Below are positions 1-4,785 of a stretch of DNA of 4,785 bases, in pieces. How positions within the stretch are numbered: position 1 is the first letter of the stretch; each line of letters begins with the position of its first letter. Location: the IMG/VR virus record IMGVR_UViG_2706794693_000003; one strand, given 5' to 3'. Source of the stretch: a virus (taxonomy: Duplodnaviria > Heunggongvirae > Uroviricota > Caudoviricetes). The position numbers were made by a program, and so were the translations under genes. The notes below the pieces were generated by a model. That model searched no databases and was not told the DNA's origin. It saw only the letters and a list, made by a program, of their open reading frames with translations.

Positions 1-11
1 GTCCAATGTGC

Positions 12-48
12 ATAAAAAAATCCGGAAACAAGTGAGCGTTTCCGGATT
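12..48 (-). terminator. Predicted rho-independent terminator downstream of the portal gene
   Basis: Perfect 11-bp inverted repeat (plus 19-29 AATCCGGAAAC and 38-48 GTTTCCGGATT) with an 8-nt loop. On the minus-strand transcript the stem is followed directly by a U-run (plus-strand A-run 14-20). It lies about 35 nt 3' of the portal stop codon (81-83). Stem has 5 GC pairs of 11, so moderate stability. Confidence 0.6.
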
Positions 49-80
49 CTTACACAGCCACTGGATCGGTCAACTGATCC

Positions 81-1237
81 TTAACTGATCGGCATTACAC
101 CACCGGGACGCGGATTCATATCTTCCAGGTCGCGGCAGTCATTGGAAGAGTAAATTCCCCAGTTGATCCCGGTGGCGTAGGCTTCAAAACGGGACTTCAT
201 ATCCCCGCGCAGTAACGCCCCGGCGTTAAATTTGGCGTAATAAACGCCCTGCTTACTTTTTCGTACCAGTCCGGTGTTGATCCGCTGTTCGATGCGGGTC
301 AGATACGGCACCAGTGAATAGTTGATAAATCCCAGCCCCAGCTCTTCGATATTGTTGAAGGTGGCGCGATCGGTGTTCTGCACCATGTGCAACGGCACCC
401 GGAACAGACGACAGATTTCTTCCAGCTGAAACTTGCGGGTTTCCAGGAACTGACTGTCCTCGGCGTTCAGCGCCATCGACTTCCAGTCCAGCCCCATTTC
501 CAGAATCATCGGGCGGTGAGCATTGCCAAGCCCCGTGTGACACTCCTCAAAATCTTTCTTCAGACGCTCGTAAGCATCCGGCGTGAGCTTTTGTTCCGTA
601 CGCAACACACCGGATGTCACCGCACCATTACTAAACAACCTGGCACCGTGCTCCTCGGTTGCCGCTGCCAGTGAAATGGCCTCACGCGCATACGCAATGG
701 GATTCAGCCCGACAAGTCCATCCAGCGTCAGGGTGCGCACATGCCAGATTTCATTCTGGGTCAACACATCCACGGAACCATCCGGAAACGTCACCTGATA
801 AACCGGCTGCCACTGGCTGTTCAGCTTCGGTTCCACACAGCCCGGATCTATCGGAAGAAGCTCCACCACTTCTCCCAGTGCCTTTACCTTGTAGGCGTAA
901 AAATTCCCCCGTAGACACAGGCAGACAATAACCAGCTCCCAGAATTCCTGCGGTGTCATGTAGCCATTAGGTTTTGCCGAAACCAACTTATGCAGTCGTT
1001 CATCCACCGCCCGTGTTTTCAGGGTACCGCTGATTTTGTAGAGACTGCAGGGCAGCATACCAACAGACTCTGCCAGCACCCTGACGCAAGAATAGACCGC
1101 CGTCAGGCGCATGGCCCGCTGGCTACTGATCCGCTTTCCGGTATAGGTGTCGTATGACAGCCCGATAGCATCAGCAGTTCTGCTGGCGTGGTCACCGGCA
1201 CATCGCTTTTTCGTTGAAATAATCCCGAAAAGAACAC
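81..1237 (-). CDS. Phage portal protein, HK97 family; N-terminal region apparently frameshifted (possible pseudogene or sequencing error)
   Basis: Long minus-strand frame ending at TAA 81-83. Translation from about residue 58 of the track ORF onward (GLSYDTYTGKRISSQRAMRLTAVYSCVRVLAESVG...) looks like an HK97-type portal, and it sits directly after the large terminase. The track ORF 81..1328 starts at a TTG and its first ~28 codons overlap the small membrane gene out of frame, giving an implausible peptide. A GTG at 1235-1237, 6 nt after GGAGG (1244-1248), opens a different frame reading [24 protein letters not shown]..., which fits typical portal N-termini, but that frame stops at 1103-1105. 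Details are in the findings. Confidence 0.8.
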
Positions 1238-1419
1238 TATTTACCTCCGCCGACAGACTGCCGTGTACGGTCGAGATATCGCGCCACCAGCCACGACCAG
1301 AACAGGCACAGCGCCCCGGCAACAACAAAACCCGCCGGGGGATAAATCAGCCAGGCACCATACGCCAGCAAAAGCGCACCCAGCACGCCCACCAGAGGCG
1401 CGAGAATCAGCATGATCAT
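1237..1419 (-). CDS. Small hypothetical membrane protein (60 aa, two predicted transmembrane helices), between large terminase and portal
   Basis: ATG at 1417-1419 preceded by GAGGT with 5-nt spacing, starting 11 nt after the terminase stop. Product [60 protein letters not shown] has two hydrophobic stretches and a charged C-tail. Codons are E. coli-typical (many CTG, GCG, GTG). Its TAG stop (1237-1239) overlaps the candidate portal GTG start by 1 nt. From memory, a 60-aa gene (ymfR) sits in the same position in the K-12 e14 prophage; sequence identity was not verified. Confidence 0.65.
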   Translation of the reverse strand: MIMLILAPLVGVLGALLLAYGAWLIYPPAGFVVAGALCLFWSWLVARYLDRTRQSVGGGK

Positions 1420-1430
1420 AATTACCTCAG

Positions 1431-3164
1431 TTAAAGCGAGCGGATCCCGTAGGACTCAATGTGGTCAGACAGCGTGTCTTCTTTCTCGTACAGCATGGCT
1501 CTGCCAACCGCCATAATCAGCGCAACTGCACCATCGATTTTGTTTTCCGCCTGCTCTTTGACGGGTTTCACCACATCATCGTTACCCGGCATGTTTTTGC
1601 CGACCACGTTGCCGATACACCAGGTCATGATGGGATTGCCGTCATGATGAAAACGTCCCGATTCAATCGCTGCTTCCAGCTCTTTCATCGGATCGGACAT
1701 ATTGGTGAAGTTCTGGACGATAGTGACGGGATTCAGGTCTTCATCAGCAAGGTCATGTGACAACCCGGTCGCCCCGAAGGGGTCGATGGGTGACTCACTG
1801 ACCGGGCTGATTTTGTTCGCCGCTTTGGCCTCCTCGAGGATGTAGCGATAATCCACCTCCGCACCATCGGTAACGGTCAGAACGCCCATTTCCACCCATT
1901 TCTGAAAGCGTTCGGCTGTCCGTCGATCTTCATTTTTCTCGACGCTGTACACCGTGTCATACGGTACCCAGAAACGCGGGGCCACACTGTAGTAATGCGT
2001 TTTACCGTCAATCTCGCGGGTATAAAGTCGCGCCATGCTGTTCATATCCAGCTTACGCGCCAGGTCAAAGGCCAGAATGCACGGCTGCCCCTCGAACTGC
2101 TCAAGGGTCAGTGATTTATCCTCGCAGCTCTGCCAGCTCACCAAGTTGAAATACGCCGAACGCGCCGACACCCAGATATTGAGGTGTTTTGTTTTAAAGA
2201 CGTTTGCCAGACGGGCGTTATTTTTCGCACGCTGCTGCTGACTTAACAAAAATTCGCGATAAACCGACACGCCAATATTTGGATTGGCTTTTTCCAGCAC
2301 CTGCGGGCCGGTCCAGTCGTCACCTTCATCAACGGTATAGATGATCCCGAACAGTTCATCGTTAGGCACCGAGCCGTTGAGCATCTCGATGACTTCCCGC
2401 CGCTTGTCGTAGCACGGCCCCTCAATGTTGTACCCGGCGGTGGTGATGGCCCACATCAGTGGCTGACGTCGCGCCCCCATCCCGGTAAGCATTGTGGTAT
2501 AAAGCGCATCGGTGGCATGCTCGTGATATTCATCAACCACGGCACAGTGGGGTGATGAACCATCACCTGGGTTGCCGATCAGCGGTTCAAACCGCGCGCC
2601 ATCCTCCGGACGGTTCATGTTTGAGGCGTTAACCTCAATCCCGAACGCTTCCGTCAGCATGGGTGTGCGTTTACACATCAGTCGCGCCGGGCGAAAGACT
2701 TCCCACGCCTGTTTCTCTGTCGTGGCACCGGAATACACTTCCGCGCCAAACTCGTTATCACAGGCAAAACAATACAGGGCAACACCGGCAGAGATTGCTG
2801 ATTTGCCGTTCTTACGGGGGATTTCGGTGTACACCTCCCGGAAGCGGCGCAACCGGGTGCCTTTATTGACCCAGCCAAACGCACAGCAGATCACAAATAG
2901 CTGCCACGGCTCCAGCGTGATGGGCATCCGTTTGAATGCCCACTCCCCCTTGGTGTGCGGCAACAGCTGAATAAATTTCGCGGCCCGTTCAGCCAGGTCC
3001 TTGTCGAAGCGGTAACGAAACGACTTACTTTTTTCCGCCATCAGGTCATCAAGATGGCGCTGGCAGGCCTGAATCACAAACTGGCAGGCAACAATCTTTC
3101 CGCGCACGACATCCCGGGCATACTGATTTGCAGCATTTACGTTGGGGTAAGATTTCCGGCTCAT
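1431..3164 (-). CDS. Phage terminase large subunit (Terminase_1 / HK97-like), 577 aa
   Basis: Uninterrupted 577-codon ORF. Walker A-like motif [10 protein letters not shown], Walker B-like CAVVDEYHE, and a C-terminal nuclease-like region with conserved acidic residues ([19 protein letters not shown]...). The ATG at 3162-3164 overlaps the upstream terS stop (ATGA), indicating translational coupling. Confidence 0.93.
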   Translation of the reverse strand: MSRKSYPNVNAANQYARDVVRGKIVACQFVIQACQRHLDDLMAEKSKSFRYRFDKDLAERAAKFIQLLPHTKGEWAFKRMPITLEPWQLFVICCAFGWVNKGTRLRRFREVYTEIPRKNGKSAISAGVALYCFACDNEFGAEVYSGATTEKQAWEVFRPARLMCKRTPMLTEAFGIEVNASNMNRPEDGARFEPLIGNPGDGSSPHCAVVDEYHEHATDALYTTMLTGMGARRQPLMWAITTAGYNIEGPCYDKRREVIEMLNGSVPNDELFGIIYTVDEGDDWTGPQVLEKANPNIGVSVYREFLLSQQQRAKNNARLANVFKTKHLNIWVSARSAYFNLVSWQSCEDKSLTLEQFEGQPCILAFDLARKLDMNSMARLYTREIDGKTHYYSVAPRFWVPYDTVYSVEKNEDRRTAERFQKWVEMGVLTVTDGAEVDYRYILEEAKAANKISPVSESPIDPFGATGLSHDLADEDLNPVTIVQNFTNMSDPMKELEAAIESGRFHHDGNPIMTWCIGNVVGKNMPGNDDVVKPVKEQAENKIDGAVALIMAVGRAMLYEKEDTLSDHIESYGIRSL

Positions 3165-3513
3165 GATTCGATAATTTTCAGAAACGGGTTAGTGGCTTTC
3201 TTCTGCCCCGCCAGGCCAATCAGACGCTGGCGGCTGCTGGGGTCGAGTCCGAGCATTGCCCCCGTGCTGCTCATCTCGGACTCCTGTTCTTTTTTGGCGG
3301 TCAGCTCCGGATTTTTGACCCTGCCGCCCATTGCACCGGTGATGGTGTTGCCCTGTATGGCAATATTTTTCACGGCACGTCGCCAGAACTCATAGGCCAC
3401 GCACCACCGCTCAAGTACCGCCAGGTCAGTCACGCACAGCAGGCCCTGACCGCAGAGTTCTTTGGTTGTCAGTTGCCACATGATCGTGGCGAGAGGGAGA
3501 TCTTCTTCAGCGA
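3161..3513 (-). CDS. Phage terminase small subunit, P27 family; visible C-terminal 116 aa only, N-terminus lies in the N-run
   Basis: Readable translation ...[116 protein letters not shown] resembles P27-family small terminases (recalled from memory). TGA stop at 3161-3163 overlaps the terL ATG. The true start is masked; estimated total length about 150-180 aa (inference). Confidence 0.75.
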
Positions 3514-3765
3514 NNNNNNNNNNNNNNNNNNNNNNNNNNNNNNNNNNNNNNNNNNNNNNNNNNNNNNNNNNNNNNNNNNNNNNNNNNNNNNNNNNNNNNN
3601 NNNNNNNNNNNNNNNNNNNNNNNNNNNNNNNNNNNNNNNNNNNNNNNNNNNNNNNNNNNNNNNNNNNNNNNNNNNNNNNNNNNNNNNNNNNNNNNNNNNN
3701 NNNNNNNNNNNNNNNNNNNNNNNNNNNNNNNNNNNNNNNNNNNNNNNNNNNNNNNNNNNNNNNNN
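3514..3765. other. Run of 252 N (masked sequence or assembly gap)
   Basis: Direct observation: positions 3514-3765 are all n. The 280-aa track ORF 3161..4003 reads through it as X residues and is therefore an artefactual fusion of two genes. Confidence 0.99.
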
Positions 3766-3766
3766 T

Positions 3767-4003
3767 TTTCGCCTCGCTCACCACACCGACACGCAGACAC
3801 AACTGACACAGACCTTTATCGCGCTTCAGAATACGGGCACGAATCACCGTCCATTTTGAGCCATAGCCACGCTGGTGGCGGCTCAGTCCGCGCTGGTGCT
3901 GCACCCAGCCTTCACCGCGATGTTTATCGCAGTAACCCGAACTGTCTGTGGTTGTACCTGCACATCCACGCTTACGGCAGGCACGTGGGATTAGTGATGG
4001 CAT
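3767..4003 (-). CDS. HNH endonuclease, packaging-associated (HK97 gp74-like); visible N-terminal 79 aa only, C-terminus lies in the N-run
   Basis: ATG at 4001-4003 preceded by GAGGT about 6 nt upstream. Translation MPSLIPRACRKRGCAGTTTDSSGYCDKHRGEGWVQHQRGLSRHQRGYGSKWTVIRARILKRDKGLCQLCLRVGVVSEAK... has the Cys-rich zinc-binding N-terminus and basic region typical of phage HNH endonucleases found just upstream of cos and terS. The catalytic HNH motif would fall in the masked part. Confidence 0.8.
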
Positions 4004-4045
4004 AAATACCTCATACCCTGCGAAATGTTTACCACGATAAAAAGG

Positions 4046-4510
4046 CTACTTAATGCACTGAGTGCGGATATACTCCTGTGCCCCTTCCAGTTGCATCTGC
4101 ATCGTCATCAGCCGCTCTCTGAGGGTGAAATAATCCCGTTCAGCGGTGTCTGCCAGTCGGGGGCTGGTTGCATTATCCACGCCGGAGGCGGTGGTGGCTT
4201 CACGCACTGACTGACAGACTGCTTTGATGTGCAACCGACGACGACCAGCGGCAACATCAGCGCGCAGAGTTTCATTTTCAGCTTTCGCATCAGCTAACTC
4301 CTTCGTGTATTTAGCATCGAGTGCATTAACATCACGCTGTCTCTGCTGCATGTCAGTAATGGTTGCGTTCGCCAGCTTCAGTTCTCTTGCGTTTTTGTCG
4401 CGCTGCTCTTTGTAGGTAATGGCGTTATCACGGTAATGATTAACAGCCCATGACAGGCAGACGATGATGCAGATAACCAGAGCGGAGATAATCGCGGTGA
4501 CTCTGCTCAT
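4046..4510 (-). CDS. Rz: Rz i-spanin (inner-membrane spanin), about 154 aa
   Basis: Translation [154 protein letters not shown] is near-identical in pattern to lambda Rz as I recall it (N-terminal TM helix, coiled-coil periplasmic domain). I place the start at ATG 4508-4510, which overlaps the endolysin TGA stop (ATGA), rather than the GTG at 4520-4522 used by the ORF track. Confidence 0.9.
   Translation of the reverse strand: MSRVTAIISALVICIIVCLSWAVNHYRDNAITYKEQRDKNARELKLANATITDMQQRQRDVNALDAKYTKELADAKAENETLRADVAAGRRRLHIKAVCQSVREATTASGVDNATSPRLADTAERDYFTLRERLMTMQMQLEGAQEYIRTQCIK
4108..4290 (-). CDS. Rz1: Rz1 o-spanin (outer-membrane lipoprotein), 60 aa, fully embedded in Rz in another frame
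   Basis: ATG 4288-4290 preceded by AGGAG (4298-4302) with 7-nt spacing. Product [60 protein letters not shown] has a signal peptide with lipobox VVGC (Cys20) and a penta-proline stretch, as in lambda Rz1. Tandem TGA TGA stops. Confidence 0.88.
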   Translation of the reverse strand: MRKLKMKLCALMLPLVVVGCTSKQSVSQCVKPPPPPAWIMQPAPDWQTPLNGIISPSESG

Positions 4511-4785
4511 TGCTGCCCCCACAAACAGACTTCACGCTCAATCTCACGACGGGTCATCAGCCCTTTCCATTGCTTACCGCCAGCATATGTCCAGCGACAT
4601 AGCTGGTCACATGCGCCTTTGATATAGCCCTGGTTTATTTTGCGAAGAAGCGTCGATGTTCTGAAATTGCCAGCGCCCACGTTGTAAACGAACGAGTAAA
4701 GAGCGCCGCGCGTTGTTTCCGGTATATCGACTTTGATGTACGGGTTAATTTGTCTGGCGACAGTGGCAAGGTCTTTATTCAGGAG
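4507..4785 (-). CDS. Phage endolysin (T4-lysozyme-like GH24 lysozyme, R21/RrrD-like); C-terminal 92 codons only, 5' end beyond the window
   Basis: Minus-strand translation of 4510-4785: [92 protein letters not shown]. This matches my recollection of the C-terminus of lambdoid R-type lysozymes of E. coli prophages. The frame is open to the window edge. The position directly upstream of Rz/Rz1 is the canonical lysis-cassette order. Confidence 0.85.
   Translation of the reverse strand, partial: LLNKDLATVARQINPYIKVDIPETTRGALYSFVYNVGAGNFRTSTLLRKINQGYIKGACDQLCRWTYAGGKQWKGLMTRREIEREVCLWGQQ

Noticed and set aside
253-931. Alternative-frame and antisense ORFs within the portal gene (253-543 minus; 387-674, 583-798, 659-931 plus)
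   Set aside because: Shadow ORFs of the portal coding region with Pro/Arg/Ser/His-rich translations and no start context.
1238-1328. N-terminal 28 codons of the 415-aa portal track ORF (TTG start at 1326-1328)
   Set aside because: It overlaps the well-supported small membrane gene out of frame, starts with TTG and no RBS, and gives a Cys/Arg/Trp-rich peptide unlike portal N-termini. A GTG with GGAGG at 1235-1237 is the better start.
1461-3395. Plus-strand ORFs inside terL and terS (1459-1647, 1461-1760, 2035-2241, 2572-2970, 2663-2869, 2955-3395) and short minus-strand alternative-frame ORFs (2243-2425, 2678-2884)
   Set aside because: They are antisense or out of frame within a strongly supported large terminase gene, have low-complexity or Arg/Ser/Cys-rich translations, and lack convincing RBS. 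Typical shadow ORFs.
3507-3859. Track ORFs consisting mainly of X (3462-3806, 3473-3859, 3507-3809)
   Set aside because: Artefacts of translating the N-run.
3871-3878. Chi octamer GCTGGTGG on the plus strand inside the HNH gene, plus a complementary Chi (CCACCAGC) at 1284-1291
   Set aside because: From memory, E. coli-like genomes carry Chi roughly once per 5 kb, so two in 4.8 kb on opposite strands is near expectation. Proximity to the presumptive cos is noted, but the orientation argument is inconclusive without knowing the cos position and host context.
3161-4003. Single 280-aa ORF spanning HNH through terS
   Set aside because: It is continuous only because the 252-nt N-run translates as X with no stops. 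The readable flanks are two different protein families (HNH endonuclease N-terminus, P27 small terminase C-terminus).
4004-4045. Possible promoter or cos in the 42-bp Rz-HNH spacer
   Set aside because: No convincing -35/-10 pair or symmetric element. Late genes in lambdoid phages are normally transcribed by read-through from the upstream late promoter, and cos is expected downstream of HNH, inside the masked region.
4025-4415. Plus-strand ORFs antisense to Rz/Rz1 (4025-4210, 4224-4415)
   Set aside because: Antisense to a well-supported overlapping gene pair, no RBS, low-complexity translation.
4511-4522. GTG start for Rz at 4520-4522 (track ORF MGAAMSRV...)
   Set aside because: The ATG at 4508-4510 gives the canonical Rz N-terminus MSRVTAIIS and forms an ATGA overlap with the endolysin stop; the GTG extension would overlap the endolysin coding sequence.
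1-4785. Phage satellite or capsid-forming PICI instead of a prophage
   Set aside because: An endolysin-Rz-Rz1 lysis cassette directly upstream of the packaging genes is characteristic of a lambdoid phage late region; as far as I know, satellites of this kind do not carry lysis cassettes. This cannot be fully excluded without flanking sequence.

Overview
This window is a lambdoid prophage or phage segment of E. coli-like Enterobacteriaceae, with every credible gene on the minus strand. Reading from high to low coordinates it runs: endolysin C-terminus (cut by the window edge), Rz/Rz1 spanins, HNH endonuclease, a 252-nt run of N, small terminase (P27 family), large terminase, a 60-aa two-helix membrane protein, and an HK97-family portal, followed by a hairpin-plus-U-run terminator. 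This is the HK97-type order (lysis cassette, HNH, cos, terS, terL, portal). I did not find a clearly novel system in the readable sequence. The points most worth a second look are: (1) the N-run falls exactly on the HNH/terS junction where the cos site would sit and creates an artefactual 280-aa fused ORF; (2) the portal N-terminus appears split across two frames, consistent with a 1-nt deletion or sequencing error; (3) the small membrane protein gene wedged between terminase and portal; (4) a terminator right after the portal gene; (5) a phased GATC cluster at the portal 3' end. Feature coordinates include the stop codon. All homology statements are from reading the translations and from memory, not from a database search.
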